Counted from the stretch's first letter, positions 9,931 through 21,456 are shown. The stretch is DNA of 64,000 nucleotides from Diplonema japonicum (GCA_964019335.1 OZ025674.1:248001-312000); one strand, 5' to 3'. Numbers and translations: made by a program. The notes: generated from the sequence alone by a model not told the origin.

Positions 9931-12009
9931 ATGTCGCTCCACACTGGAGTGTTTTTCTGTTGTCAATGTTGTGAAGGGCTTGCAACGGTGCATTGCTGTG
10001 GGGCGTGTTGCACGGGGAGTGAGTTAGGATGGGGGGTGCAGAGGGTGCTGCATTGCTCGCACCCTTGTGTGAAAGGCGTGAAGAGGCACGACACCAGCAT
10101 AGTGAAGAAAGTGAGGGTGAAGGGGAGAAGCGTTGTGGATGAAGGGTGGGATAGCATGCCGAAAGGGGGTGTGGGGAAATGGTCCTGCTGCGGTGCTGGG
10201 AGCATGGTGGCCACATGTACCCCTGCTGCACCTTCGTCGCCACCTCCGACGCCACAGTACCCGCACTCTGTGTCACCTGTACCCACCATGCCGACCCCTG
10301 CTACTATGCCGTCAGAACAACCCCTCCTCCCTCCCATTCAAACCCAAGTACAACCAGTCCCCCAGATGCGTTCACCCACCACACTCCTCCAGTCCCAGCC
10401 CCAAGCCCTGCGCACCATCTCGCCAGTACCTTACCACGACCCTTCCTCCCTGTGCGAAGAATGTGGCCTCGACGAAGCCACCCTCTGGTGCACCAACTGC
10501 GAGGCGCTCTTCTGTGCCCTGCACTTCAAGCTGACGCATTCCTCGAAAGTGGGCTCTCGACACGTCTCGCTTGCCATTAACTACAAACCTTCGGCTTGCG
10601 AGGAGCACGCAGGGCAGCGGGCCATCCTACACTGCCTGGAGTGCAAGAAGGACGTCTGCAGGATATGCTGCTGCACACCAATGTTCGGTGTGCACAGCAA
10701 ACACAACGTGGTGACCCTCGGGGAGGCAGAGGCCAACGCGGCGCTGGAGCTGAAATCAAAGCTCGCCATTAGCAACGAAAGGAGAAACGAACTAGAGGCG
10801 GGAGTGGCGAAGGTGGGGGAGGAGAAGAGGTTCGCGAAGGAGATGATGGAGCGTGCGAGGCTCACAGTGAATAAAGAGTTTTCAAAGTTCACAGCAGCGA
10901 TATTTAGGGAAATCGAGAGGAGGAAGTCAGAGGTGCTGGGCGAGCTAGATGAGGCAAGTGTGCCCGTCATCGCCTCTCTGATGACTACCGAGGTGGCCAT
11001 GTCACGAGCCGCCCTCGCCTGCAGGGAGGCCTGCGACACCACCACAGCTGTCCTCTCGTCGCACCGTGCCCTGAAATTAAAGGACAACCTCATTACCTTG
11101 TTGGAGGGAGCGGAGGCTTCGACTGCAGCGGTCGCCACACAGCCTTCCCTCCCGAGGCTTGGTGTGAAGACCTTGTTCCCAGACGACGGCACCCTTACGC
11201 ACATTTCGGAGAAGATAGCTGGTTTCGGCAAACTGGAGATCGAGAAACACGTGCAGGGGGGGCAGGGGGACACGAGGGGAAGCACACCAAAAAAGATCGT
11301 ACACACCGTGTCTGCACAAAGGAGCGACCATGCAGACCATGAGCCCGCTCGGCAAGAATCACCAACGGGAGATAAACAAAATACACAGGACGACAAATTT
11401 GCACCTGAGCCTGAACCCGAACCTGAACCTGCAGTTGAACCTGAACCCGAGCCTGTGCTCATCCCAGAGCCCGAGCCTGTAGAGCAGGAGGTGAGTAAGG
11501 TGGTGGTTGACGAAGCGTCCTTCGAAGTTGCTGTACGAGAGGAGGCGCTGCTGAGGGATGCTGTGGCTCTGGCGGAAGGGACAGCCCGTGCATTGGTGGT
11601 GCAGTGTGCAGTGATGGAACACAAGGTGACAGTACAGAAAGAGAAGGACAGGGAACTCGTTGCTGAACCGATTGAAAGAGACACACCCTCTCCCGCTGCG
11701 CGGTCTGAGGACAGCTGCAAGAGTAGTTGCAGCCCAAAGAAAAGCCCCGAACCAGAACAAGAGCCAGAACCAGAAGAAGAAGAGGACCGAGTCCAAACCC
11801 TCTCCCCTGTCGAAGAAGATACCAAAGAAGAAGACCAAGACCAAGACCAAGACCAAGACCAAGGCACTACTCCGGAAAAGCACAGCGACCCCGAAAAGCC
11901 CAAAGAAGATAAGCCAACTGTATTGTGGTGCTCCTTTTGCAACTATGAGAATGAAACGTCGCCGTGCGAGCTGTGCGGGACGGAGTGCATTTTAAAAGAA
12001 GAGCAGTAG
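9931..12009 (+). CDS. B-box zinc finger/coiled-coil (TRIM-like) protein with PE repeats and C-terminal C4 zinc finger
   Basis: CEECxxxxATLWCTNCxxxFCxxHxxxxH and CEEHxxxxxxxHCLECxxxVCxxC B-boxes, a coiled coil, (PE)n and (DQ)n repeats, and WCSFCNYENxxxxCELC. The start codon is uncertain. Confidence 0.82.
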   Translation: MSLHTGVFFCCQCCEGLATVHCCGACCTGSELGWGVQRVLHCSHPCVKGVKRHDTSIVKKVRVKGRSVVDEGWDSMPKGGVGKWSCCGAGSMVATCTPAAPSSPPPTPQYPHSVSPVPTMPTPATMPSEQPLLPPIQTQVQPVPQMRSPTTLLQSQPQALRTISPVPYHDPSSLCEECGLDEATLWCTNCEALFCALHFKLTHSSKVGSRHVSLAINYKPSACEEHAGQRAILHCLECKKDVCRICCCTPMFGVHSKHNVVTLGEAEANAALELKSKLAISNERRNELEAGVAKVGEEKRFAKEMMERARLTVNKEFSKFTAAIFREIERRKSEVLGELDEASVPVIASLMTTEVAMSRAALACREACDTTTAVLSSHRALKLKDNLITLLEGAEASTAAVATQPSLPRLGVKTLFPDDGTLTHISEKIAGFGKLEIEKHVQGGQGDTRGSTPKKIVHTVSAQRSDHADHEPARQESPTGDKQNTQDDKFAPEPEPEPEPAVEPEPEPVLIPEPEPVEQEVSKVVVDEASFEVAVREEALLRDAVALAEGTARALVVQCAVMEHKVTVQKEKDRELVAEPIERDTPSPAARSEDSCKSSCSPKKSPEPEQEPEPEEEEDRVQTLSPVEEDTKEEDQDQDQDQDQGTTPEKHSDPEKPKEDKPTVLWCSFCNYENETSPCELCGTECILKEEQ

Positions 12010-12177
12010 CCCCACCCTTTTCTTTTTCATATATTGTGAAAAGCCGTTTAGATATGTTAGACAGTGTCCCTCCCTGCAACTTTTATGATTATGCATCAAG
12101 AATGAGGGAAGGGAACAAAACAAAACAAAACAAAATAGAAAAAAAGGTGAAGGGGACTTAAGAAAAGTTTAAGGAAA

Positions 12178-12495
12178 ATGGCACGCAGCGTAAATGCAGC
12201 AGATTGTTTGACAGTAGAGGGGGAGGAGAAGTGGGTTCTTTCACCGGCGGAGACAGGGGGGTTGTTGAAGGTGCAGTTTCCTGAGGGGAAACAGGTTCCC
12301 AGCAAGATCGAGCTGGCGAGGTGGACGAGCGACAAACTTGAAGGCGTTCAGGTTCCTGGAATCCCTGACGACACAATCCTGACAGCCCCTGCGGACCTCA
12401 CGGGAGGAAAACTCATGCTACAGCTGAGCAACGAAGCTCGCCAAGCGCTTGGCTCAGGCAGTGTACTGACGCTGATCGATTACTACCGGTGTTAG
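12178..12495 (+). CDS. Small hypothetical protein
   Basis: GC-balanced 105-aa ORF with natural composition between low-complexity spacers; no recognised motif. Confidence 0.65.
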   Translation: MARSVNAADCLTVEGEEKWVLSPAETGGLLKVQFPEGKQVPSKIELARWTSDKLEGVQVPGIPDDTILTAPADLTGGKLMLQLSNEARQALGSGSVLTLIDYYRC

Positions 12496-12685
12496 GAGTT
12501 TTCTCCTCTTTTTTTTTTTTTTTTTTTTTTTTGTTTGTATCTCCAGAACAGGGACAGAGTGGTGTTTCTTTTTTTTTTTTTTTTTTTTTGTTTCTCCCTC
12601 GTGAAACTAACGTTTTTTTTTTTTTAACTCGCCTTCTTCAACGGAAGTTCAAAAAAAAAGAGCCCCCCCCCCCATCCAGAATGAC

Positions 12686-13612
12686 ATGACAGAAAAGCTT
12701 GAAGGATGGAAGGAAGTGGCGATCATCCTGATCTACATCAGCCTCTACTCCGCAGGGGGCTTGCTGACAAAGCTGTCCAAGGGCGATGGTGACTACACAT
12801 ATAACCCGGTGGGAGTCACATTGGTGGTAAGCTGCCTGAAGCTCATCATCTCACTAGCGATGCTGGCCAATCAAGGATGGCCAGCAAACCTCGGCCTGGC
12901 GGGGTCCTGGAGGTTTGCTTACCCAGCAGTGGTGTACGTGATCGACGACAATCTGCAATTTGCTGTTTTGTACTATATCACACCGGGGGAGGCGGCGTTG
13001 TTCTTCAGCTTCAAGGTGCTGAGCACGGCAATGGCATCGAAGATCATGTTGAACAGAGAAATCAGTTCATTGCAATGGTCGGCTCTTATGCTGTTAACAC
13101 TTGGACTGGGGACTTCAAAGATAGGCGGGCAACACTTTCAAGGATTTAACCTAGGCCACGTTCTTGTTGTAGTTGTGTCTACCATAGGCTCGACGGGCGA
13201 TGTCTATAACGAGAAACTGCTTAAAACCGATACCGAAGCTTCAATTCACCTCCAAAACATCAAACTGTACACCTTCAGTGTACTCCTCAATGGGTTGGGC
13301 TACGCTGTGTACGAGAAGCAGGGAACGCTGAACAGCGCAACCTACGGTTGGAATGTGTTTGTTGTAATGCTTGTTTTTGTGAACTCTTTCAACGGGATTG
13401 CCGTTTCCGTCATCTTCAAGTTCCTCGATAATATTGTGAAGGTGCAGGCGGCGGCCGGTGGCATGGTCCTCACCGTCCTTCTCTCCTCTCTGATCTTTGG
13501 AAGAGAACCTTCTCTTGGTTTCTACCTCGGTGTGGGCATTGTCTTCAACGCTCTTTACATCTTCAACTACAAGCACAAACCCATCACATCCGACCCACAA
13601 ATAGAAGCCTGA
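12686..13612 (+). CDS. Nucleotide-sugar transporter (SLC35A-like)
   Basis: About 10 TM helices with AYPAVVYVIDDNLQF, KVLSTA, QWSALMLLTLG, VYNEKLLK, QNIKLY and KFLDNIVK motifs. Confidence 0.9.
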   Translation: MTEKLEGWKEVAIILIYISLYSAGGLLTKLSKGDGDYTYNPVGVTLVVSCLKLIISLAMLANQGWPANLGLAGSWRFAYPAVVYVIDDNLQFAVLYYITPGEAALFFSFKVLSTAMASKIMLNREISSLQWSALMLLTLGLGTSKIGGQHFQGFNLGHVLVVVVSTIGSTGDVYNEKLLKTDTEASIHLQNIKLYTFSVLLNGLGYAVYEKQGTLNSATYGWNVFVVMLVFVNSFNGIAVSVIFKFLDNIVKVQAAAGGMVLTVLLSSLIFGREPSLGFYLGVGIVFNALYIFNYKHKPITSDPQIEA

Positions 13613-13613
13613 G

Positions 13614-13660
<47 letters not shown>

Positions 13661-13698
13661 CCTATTGACAATTTTTTTTTTTTTTTTGAAAGGACATT

Positions 13699-14128
13699 AT
13701 GATTATTAGGGTACAAGGCGACGAGAGTAGTGGGGACAGCTGGGATCTCATTGAGCTGCAAGGGGTTCTCCACCCGTTGGATGGGAAGGGTGGTTTGAGC
13801 GAAAAGAATGTTGGCCAGTTGACATATGTTGACGGTGGACGGGCAGCTATTCAGGTGGGGAACATGTATGTAGAAGGCAATGTAAAAACAATGCCCAAGC
13901 CGTATGTATTGATGGAGAAAGTAGAGGGGCAAGGGGGAGAGGAGGAGGAAGGGGTGGCATCCCACCGCTACAAGGTGGTCGGTGTTGTGAAGCGAAAATT
14001 TCATTTTACGGTACGTGGAAGGGGGGAGAGAGGGGGGGGAAATATATCTTTTTTAAAAGAAATATCAAAAAGAAAAAACTTTTTTTTTTCTCCATCAACA
14101 GACGTCACGCCACAAACCTGTATCTTAG
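13699..14128 (+). CDS. CTF8: Chromosome transmission fidelity protein 8; exons 13699-14010 and 14102-14128
   Basis: LIELQG, VGQL, IQVGNMYVEGNVKTMPKPYVLMEK and YKVVGVVKRKFHF motifs. Intron 14011-14101 gives a short terminal exon TSRHKPVS*. Confidence 0.8.
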
Positions 14129-14468
14129 ATTTTTTTCTTCTTTTTTTTGATGTTTCTTTGTTCTCATATTTCATATGTTTTTATTGACCCTTCCAACCAG
14201 ACCACACACAACAAAAAAAAAGGTGGAAAAAAAAAAAAAAACACAATTTTTCAAAAGAAAATGTCCGTTTGATAGAACTCAGATTTACAGGACGTTCTTC
14301 AATTATTGCAAATAATAATAATAATAAAAAAAGAAAGTAAAATCTAAAAACAACTTGAAAACGTGGAAAAGAAATACAAACAAAGAGAAATTCAAAAAAA
14401 AAAAAGAAAAAAGCGAACAATCTAAAGTAAGAAACACCACCGCCCTCCCGCAGTAGAAGCATAGCACA

Positions 14469-17027
14469 ATGAGGCCTTTAAGCATGTTAACAATGATAGC
14501 GTTGACGGTTGTAGAGGTCCTCGCGCAGACAAGAACGGAAACGATGACGCTTACGCTGCCGACAAGAACAGAGACGATGACGCTGAGCACTTCAGTGTCA
14601 CTGACCGTAGACACTGCAACTGCAACAGTGTCTCTCACGGTCCCTACCCTCACTGCATCAGAAACCGTGTCGCTGACTGTTGGTACAGCAACAGCGAGCA
14701 GCACAGAGACGCTCACTACGTCCCTCACAATGCCCACCCTCACTGCATCAGAAACCGTGTCGCTGACTGTTGGAACCGCAACAGCTAGCGTCACATTGAC
14801 AGTGCCTACCCTTACCGAGACTGCCACAACCAGCATGACACTGCCTACTGCAACAGTTACAGAGACCGTGTCCCTCACTATGGGCACCCCCACAGAAACA
14901 TCCACCGTGTCATCTACGCTGCCCACTGGAACCCAGACTTTTACCATCACCGTGCCCACAGCCACTGCTACGTTCACCACGACCTTCACGCTGCCTACTG
15001 CGACTGAGACATCTACTGTGTCGCAAACGATGCCTACAGCAACCGAAACGCATTCTGAGACTGTCACGCTGCCCACGCCCACAGCCACCTTCACCGTGAG
15101 TGAGACGTCAACTGTGTCGCTCACGATGCCCACGGCAAGCGAAACCCTTTCTGAGACCGTCACGTTGGGAACACCCACCGCGACCTTCACCGAGACAGAA
15201 ACGGCAACCATCTCAGCCACGGTGCCTACACCGACAGAGAGCGCGACAGAGTCGCTCACACTGAACACGCCCACAGAAACCTTCACCCACAGCGAGACGG
15301 AGACGAGAACCGTGTCACTGACCTTACCTACGCCGACGGAGAGTGCTTCTCTCACCATCACGTTACCCACGCCCACGGACACTGCCACTTTTACAGAGAC
15401 CAGCACCATCTCTTTCACTGTCCCGACACCCACGGTGTCTCTTTCGGAGACAGTCACGCTGCGCACTGCGACGGAGTCCGCGACCATCACCTTCACGGTG
15501 CCCACGCCTACGGAGAGTTTGACCGAGTCACTCACCCTGCCGACGCGGACGGAGACCTTCTCACACACACTGTCGGAGACGCTGACATTCTCACTAACGG
15601 TCCCTACGCCGACGGAGAGTGCAACAGAGACGCTCACGCTGCCAACCCCAACAGACACATTTTCATTATCTTTGACTGGGTCCATCTCCGCCTCACTTAC
15701 GTTGCCGACGCCAACAGCAAGCGCAACAGAGACCTTGACGTTGCCCACCCCAACGGAGACGGATTCCACCACACTGTCGGAGACAGCCTCCCTGACCCTG
15801 CCCACGCCCACTCAGTCGGCCTCCACAACGCTGTCTGTGTATCCAACACCCGTCATCACAGCTATCGAGTCAGACGACTGCTCAGAGTACACAGATGTGA
15901 ACGGTGCACACACTGTGTGCAATGCAGGAGAGACGCTCATCACAATTAAGGGGTCAGGCTTCCCCCACACGCTGGACAAGGTCAACGAGGTGGAGTTCGT
16001 GTGGACAGGCGGCAATCCGGAGAATGTAAAGCCGACTTGCGACCCCATAAATCTTGTGTTCACAGGAACAGAGGACTACCTGGTGTGCAACCTCAACGCG
16101 ACGTACAGCTCGGGGGACTACAAGGTACGGTTCTCAGCTTATGTGGTGCATGATCCCGTGTCGGGGTACACAGGACCACTGTGGTCCACTGGGGAGGCCT
16201 TCCTTGAGATGCACGGACCGTGGAGTGCATCCGGAACGGAGTGGTCTGCAGACTTCAGGTCAGGAACGTCATACGCAGAATTGGGCACCACTGTCACCTT
16301 TATGTTAGACACTGTGATGGAGGGGGACCAGCTGGTGCTGGTAAGGAGCGACGCAACAAACTGCACCGACCCAGAGACGCTACTAAATGGGACATTCACG
16401 ACCGTTAAAGGGTCTGGTATAGGGGCCACGGCCACCTTCGACACCAGAGGGATCCCTGACGGGGTGTACTACATGTGCCATGCATCGAACGGGTTGGCGT
16501 TCATTCTGCAAAAGCAGTATCCCGTGTACATAAGGGACACCATCGACCCGTACCAGAGCACAATATGCTGCAGCAACAACACTATGGTGGTTGGGGACAC
16601 AACAACGTGCACCGTCACAGCTGTGGACCGAAACGGGCACCTGACAGGCTCCGTGGACGACGAGTGCCATTTTGGGTTCTCGCATTTCAAGGACGGTGCG
16701 GGTGTCCCCATGTGCGCCGACAGTATCAAGCCCACCAAAACCAACGTCGCTGGAGAGTTCACCTTTGATTTTGTGTCCTTTGCCTCAGGATGCTCGTCTC
16801 GCATTGGTGTCACTTACCGCGGCGTCCTCCTCAGCGGCAAGGTGGCCATGCTCACGTTCCTCCCTCTCACTGCTGTTGATGCCCATGCTACGTCACAGTG
16901 CTCACTCAGCGATGGTGGCTCCTTGCAGTGCGAGATCACAAAGCGTGACACATATAAAAACCCCACAGAAATCTGCACAACCGACTACGGCGTCGACCCT
17001 GGCACAGTGCACTGCGAGAAGCCTTAA
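14469..17027 (+). CDS. Secreted Thr-rich repeat (mucin-like) protein with C-terminal Ig-like domains
   Basis: Signal peptide, about 430 aa of TxTxSLTLPTPT repeats, an IPT/TIG-like PVITAI...ITIKGSGF segment and a filamin-like CTVTAVDRNG segment. Confidence 0.85.
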   Translation: MRPLSMLTMIALTVVEVLAQTRTETMTLTLPTRTETMTLSTSVSLTVDTATATVSLTVPTLTASETVSLTVGTATASSTETLTTSLTMPTLTASETVSLTVGTATASVTLTVPTLTETATTSMTLPTATVTETVSLTMGTPTETSTVSSTLPTGTQTFTITVPTATATFTTTFTLPTATETSTVSQTMPTATETHSETVTLPTPTATFTVSETSTVSLTMPTASETLSETVTLGTPTATFTETETATISATVPTPTESATESLTLNTPTETFTHSETETRTVSLTLPTPTESASLTITLPTPTDTATFTETSTISFTVPTPTVSLSETVTLRTATESATITFTVPTPTESLTESLTLPTRTETFSHTLSETLTFSLTVPTPTESATETLTLPTPTDTFSLSLTGSISASLTLPTPTASATETLTLPTPTETDSTTLSETASLTLPTPTQSASTTLSVYPTPVITAIESDDCSEYTDVNGAHTVCNAGETLITIKGSGFPHTLDKVNEVEFVWTGGNPENVKPTCDPINLVFTGTEDYLVCNLNATYSSGDYKVRFSAYVVHDPVSGYTGPLWSTGEAFLEMHGPWSASGTEWSADFRSGTSYAELGTTVTFMLDTVMEGDQLVLVRSDATNCTDPETLLNGTFTTVKGSGIGATATFDTRGIPDGVYYMCHASNGLAFILQKQYPVYIRDTIDPYQSTICCSNNTMVVGDTTTCTVTAVDRNGHLTGSVDDECHFGFSHFKDGAGVPMCADSIKPTKTNVAGEFTFDFVSFASGCSSRIGVTYRGVLLSGKVAMLTFLPLTAVDAHATSQCSLSDGGSLQCEITKRDTYKNPTEICTTDYGVDPGTVHCEKP

Positions 17028-17216
17028 CTTGGGAAGGCCTTTTTTTTTCTTTTTTTTTTTCTCACTCAGTTTTATGCGAAGGTTCTGGTGACTTCTTCTG
17101 TACTGTTTTCTTCTCAGTTTTGGTCTTTTTTCTTTCTTTCTCAGTTCTTTTATGTGATACATTATACTCCCCACCCCCATTCTTGCAGCATCGATAGTTC
17201 ATCAGCAGGTGTCACC

Positions 17217-18728
17217 ATGGGGAGTGCCGCGGGGGCTATGATGGCCCTGCTCGTGTTAGTAGGTGTGCTGCTGTGCACTATGATGATGCAAGACGAGCAC
17301 AGTGAGACGCCGCGAAGTATAGAAAGCGACCAGAAAGATACAAGCGGCGAGGAACGACCAGGTAAAGCCGACGACCAGAAAGATGCAAGCGGCGAAGCGA
17401 GCGGCAGTTGTCTGCGATTGTGCGTAAGGGACATAGAGGGAAAGGGGGATTTGGATGTGAAGTGTACAAAGTACATCGCAGAGCACTGCTCGGAGAAGGC
17501 TTCGCAACTCACATGGTTCGGCTCTCAATGGCGTGCTGCTGGGAGGGAAACCAGAGAGGCGATCCTCTCCAGCATGAAAACAAAACCTTGCATGTCAGGG
17601 TTCCCGGAGCACTACACCACACTGCTGGACCCCAAGGTACCTTTCTCTCCCGACCCAGAGGCTTTGAGGATACAAGCGAAGATTTATGAACGACAGTTCT
17701 GCTCGTCTTGCAGTTCAGTCCTTTACCAGTACACACGGGTGTTTCAAGGCCTTGGCTCAAGGTACCACACACATCTTTGTGCTTTCGACAACGCGCTACG
17801 TTTGAACAGACCCTTCGTGTCCCTTGATGGTGGTTGGATCTTTGCGAATGTTACAGAATGCAGCTCAACGAACGACCAATGTTATTTCAACAAGTTTACA
17901 AGTTGTCCGTCAGTCTTCTGTGACTCTGCGAAGAACGAAGTGCAGAACTGCGTGCGGTACTCCCCGCCCCCTGCCTCACAGCAATGCGAGAAAACCTGTC
18001 TGTGCGGGAAGTGTGGAAGCACCGACAACGGCCACCACGAGACAGTGTGGGCAAAGCACAGCTGCTCAACGCTTAAAGACATCCCTACCGGGCTCCAGGT
18101 AGGCAACAAGTCGCATCTCTGGTACACATCTCAACTCATCTTTTTCATGATGCAGCCAAATGCAATGATGGGCCGCCATATCGATAAAGACCTTGAGGAT
18201 GGTTTTTTCACCTCGAACGTGGTCAACATGCATGTGAGGAGGGGGAGGTTGAAACAGCCTGAAATGGCGAGATTTTTCGGGCTTGAGGAATACGTGAAGC
18301 TTTCGGAGAGATGGGGCGGTCCAGGCAAGACCTTGAAGTACTTCATCCAAACTAACGACCCGTCAGTTCTAGATGAAGCAAAGAGCCTCCCACAGCACAC
18401 CATGTCATGGACAACGTGGAACCGTACAGGGAAAGATCTGCAGATCCACAACGACCCGAAGAAGAGGAAGAGACGTCTCAAGGCAGGGCAGGTGGTGGAC
18501 CCCACTGCATGGACTGTTCACTCTTTCCGAAACCTGTGGCTCATGCTACGCTCGAAGTACTGGATCTGCACTTACTCCTCGAATTGGTGCCGCCTCGCCC
18601 TTCGCCTTACCTACGCCACCTACGGTACCCTCCCCAAGGCACTCAGCCTTGATGCGTGGTCCTACGACCCTTACACATGGTACACCAACGAGTACATTAA
18701 CGAAGCAATGGCGTCTCATAACTCTTAA
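17217..18728 (+). CDS. Type II membrane glycosyltransferase, alpha-1,6-fucosyltransferase (GT23/FUT8)-like
   Basis: N-terminal TM, GLGSRYH, MHVRRGRLK, FIQTND and ICTYSSNWCR, which resemble the GT23 motifs HVRRTDK and CTFSSxVCR. Confidence 0.75.
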   Translation: MGSAAGAMMALLVLVGVLLCTMMMQDEHSETPRSIESDQKDTSGEERPGKADDQKDASGEASGSCLRLCVRDIEGKGDLDVKCTKYIAEHCSEKASQLTWFGSQWRAAGRETREAILSSMKTKPCMSGFPEHYTTLLDPKVPFSPDPEALRIQAKIYERQFCSSCSSVLYQYTRVFQGLGSRYHTHLCAFDNALRLNRPFVSLDGGWIFANVTECSSTNDQCYFNKFTSCPSVFCDSAKNEVQNCVRYSPPPASQQCEKTCLCGKCGSTDNGHHETVWAKHSCSTLKDIPTGLQVGNKSHLWYTSQLIFFMMQPNAMMGRHIDKDLEDGFFTSNVVNMHVRRGRLKQPEMARFFGLEEYVKLSERWGGPGKTLKYFIQTNDPSVLDEAKSLPQHTMSWTTWNRTGKDLQIHNDPKKRKRRLKAGQVVDPTAWTVHSFRNLWLMLRSKYWICTYSSNWCRLALRLTYATYGTLPKALSLDAWSYDPYTWYTNEYINEAMASHNS

Positions 18729-18806
18729 CATTCCCCCCCTCCCCTCTTTTTCTTTTTTCTTCTCCAAAACTAAACCACAACGAACTGTATTGCTCAAGGT
18801 TCAGAA

Positions 18807-20099
18807 ATGTCTGACGATGGCGTGTGGGCAGAGACAGGGGCAAACTGGAGGGATTGGCACCTGCATGGCCAGCGCAAGCAACCGCAAGACCACAACGAAC
18901 ACAATGAAGTCCAAAAGCTTGAGAGGGAACTGCAGCTGGAGAGGAAACGGAGAATCGAGGTGGAGAATGCCCTGAACTGGTCGGGGTATGCTGTAGGGAA
19001 TCGGAGCGCAGCGTCCCCTGAGGCGACACAAGCCTACGCTTATAGGAGAGGCAAGAGCTTTGCTTTAAGGAAGCAGGAAGAAGGCAAGTGGTACCGATCC
19101 CCTAGCCCACCAGATATGCCCCAATTGCCTTCTAACTCGCCCCAAGCAAGCCCCCCAAGCGCCTTGTGCTACGAGCAGCACGTGCATGCTGAACAAAGCA
19201 ACAGTGCAAGAGAGAAGACGTCAGTGAGAGCAGAAAGGCAACCTGAAAAGGAGCACGCCCCACAACCGGCTAACGACGTCGCTGCACTCCTTGATAAACT
19301 AGAGAGCATGAGATCAGAGCTACTTGAATTGAAACAAAAGGAGATGTCTGAAAAATCACCGTCAAGGCCTCCAGCTCTTAAGCAAGAGAAGTCTACACCA
19401 CCACCACCGCCACCGCAGACACAGGCACAAGAGTTACCGGTTCATCGCCATCACTTTCAGCAGCAACCGCAGCACCATCCGCAACAGCAGCATCCCCAGC
19501 ACCCCCAGCCTATCCTGTCGCCAAGGGTTAACGGGTACAACCCCGCGCCTAGCGAACGTGTGATTGCAAAGGAATCTGGTTGGGAGCGACTTCTGGACGA
19601 GGGGTGGGAGGGGTATAGATACGTTGAAGACCCTGATGAAAAAAGGAGGAAGGCGATGGCAGAGAGGGAAAGGCAACGAGATGAAGGCAACCAGAACAGA
19701 GAAAGGGAGCGGGTGGTAGAGAGAGAGAGGGAAAGAGAAAAAGAGAGAGTGGTAGAGAGAGAGAAGGAAAGAGATAGGGAGAAGAACCGAGAAGGTGATA
19801 GGGACAAGGACAGGAGCAGGCACCACTCGCACAGCAGGCGAAGCACGAGCCGAGGCTCATCGTCGCACCTGTCACCACGAAGCTTGTCGAGGTCCAGAAG
19901 CAAACCAGCAAGCAGCAACTACTACAAGCTCGCCCCGCGTTCTTTTCCCGAGGGCAACAGCGCTTTCGACGCTATGCAGGCGCACTCACCAACCCCGCAC
20001 GGCTCACCGAGCGTCAAGGTGTCTTCACCCAAATCGCCCTCAAGGTCCCCCAGGCGTTCCTCCCCTAGGTCTCGCCGTTCGCTGTCGAGGTCTGCGTGA
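18807..20099 (+). CDS. Hypothetical low-complexity coiled-coil protein with RE/RS-rich C-terminus
   Basis: 430-aa ORF with coiled-coil segments and Q/P-rich and RE/RS/SP repeats. Confidence 0.7.
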   Translation: MSDDGVWAETGANWRDWHLHGQRKQPQDHNEHNEVQKLERELQLERKRRIEVENALNWSGYAVGNRSAASPEATQAYAYRRGKSFALRKQEEGKWYRSPSPPDMPQLPSNSPQASPPSALCYEQHVHAEQSNSAREKTSVRAERQPEKEHAPQPANDVAALLDKLESMRSELLELKQKEMSEKSPSRPPALKQEKSTPPPPPPQTQAQELPVHRHHFQQQPQHHPQQQHPQHPQPILSPRVNGYNPAPSERVIAKESGWERLLDEGWEGYRYVEDPDEKRRKAMAERERQRDEGNQNRERERVVEREREREKERVVEREKERDREKNREGDRDKDRSRHHSHSRRSTSRGSSSHLSPRSLSRSRSKPASSNYYKLAPRSFPEGNSAFDAMQAHSPTPHGSPSVKVSSPKSPSRSPRRSSPRSRRSLSRSA

Positions 20100-20186
20100 A
20101 CAAGTGCCATTGCAGCAACTTTGTATTGTATTTACAATTTCTTCCTTGCTCCTTGCCCCTTTTTATACCAACAGCGCCACACCAAA

Positions 20187-21317
20187 ATGAGCTTTTTAGC
20201 ACCCGTGAACTGGGTCCTCGAAGCTCTTATGATTAAAGATGTTGACGTGGACCCAAGTGAGGAGGAGGCGATGAACAGCGCGCTGAGCTGGGCTGTGTTA
20301 AAGAAACAAGACAGTGCATGCAGCAACACAGTGATCACCGTGCTGGGTGAGTTTCCATCGTTCGTGAAGCTGGCAGCCATGGAAGCGGAGATGCTGCTGC
20401 AGAGAGATAAGGAGGACGACACGAAGCTTGAGAAGGGGATCCAGATCAGCATCGCAAGAGGTGTCCTCGACCCTATCACACCGCCCGCCATCACGAAGAT
20501 CGACGTCAAAGGAAAGACACCAGATGACGTGACGCAGCTCATCCTCTCACAGCTCCCGAAGTCGAACACCGCAGGCTGTGTGGTGGTGCTGCAAGGAATG
20601 AGCGGGACAGGGAAAGGCACCACCGGAACCACACTGCTCTCCAAGCTCCCCAACTGTGTGACGTGGAGCAACGGGAATGTGTTCCGATCCCTCACACTCC
20701 TCGCGGCGACTCATGCCAAACAGGAAGGCATCGACCTCAAGGACAACGCAGAAAAGGTATTCACCTCCTCTCCCCCCTCACGTTCTTTAAAAAAAAAAAA
20801 AAAAACAGGTCCTGACCTCTGAGAATGTTGCGAAATGGATGAAGATGTTGAGCTTCCATAAAACTGGAGACAAGAAGTACGACATCAAGATCCAAGGGTT
20901 GGGGCTTGACGTGAATGTGTCGGAGGTTCAAAACACGCTGCTGAAGGAAACGCTTGTTGCAAAGAACATCCCGACAGTTGCAGAGCAGACACAGGTGTGT
21001 GAAGAGGAGAGAGAACACACCCTAACACACCACCACAGGGCGATGTTGTGAAATTTGCAGCAGCGGCTTTGAAGCAGATGACGGACGATGGGATGAACGT
21101 CATTCTGGAAGGCCGTGCTGCCACTGTTCAGTACGTCCCAACGCCTTACAGGTTCGAACTCATCATGAACGACTCTCAGCTCCTCGGCCAGAGGAGGGCG
21201 GCACAGCGGGTCATGGCAAGCTGCTTCGACGACTTCAAAAAAGGAGGCGAAGTTCCTGGCAAGTCCGCTATTCTGAGAAAAGCAAAATCGTTCTGCGATG
21301 ATTGGGTCAAGGTCTAG
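20187..21317 (+). CDS. Cytidylate kinase-like P-loop NMP kinase, paralog 1; exons 20187-20756, 20809-20994, 21039-21317
   Basis: LQGMSGTGKGT P-loop, SNGNVFR and ILEGR (compare CMK TGxMYR and DGR). Two phase-0 GT-AG introns restore the frame. Confidence 0.8.
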
Positions 21318-21456
21318 ACCTATGACTTTTGCATATATCCGTGACATACACCTTCTAGTTTTCTTGTTTTTTTTTTTTCTTTTTTGTTTTCTCTTTTTTA
21401 AACTAGTGTCTCAAAGAAACCACCAGTAATAATCAGCCAGACCTTATAAGCAAAAG

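Noticed and set aside
10581-11942. 453-aa minus-strand ORF
   Set aside because: Antisense shadow of the B-box gene's low-complexity region; no motifs.
14303-15811. 502-aa minus-strand Val/Ser-rich ORF
   Set aside because: Antisense shadow of the ACN-rich Thr repeats of the + strand gene.
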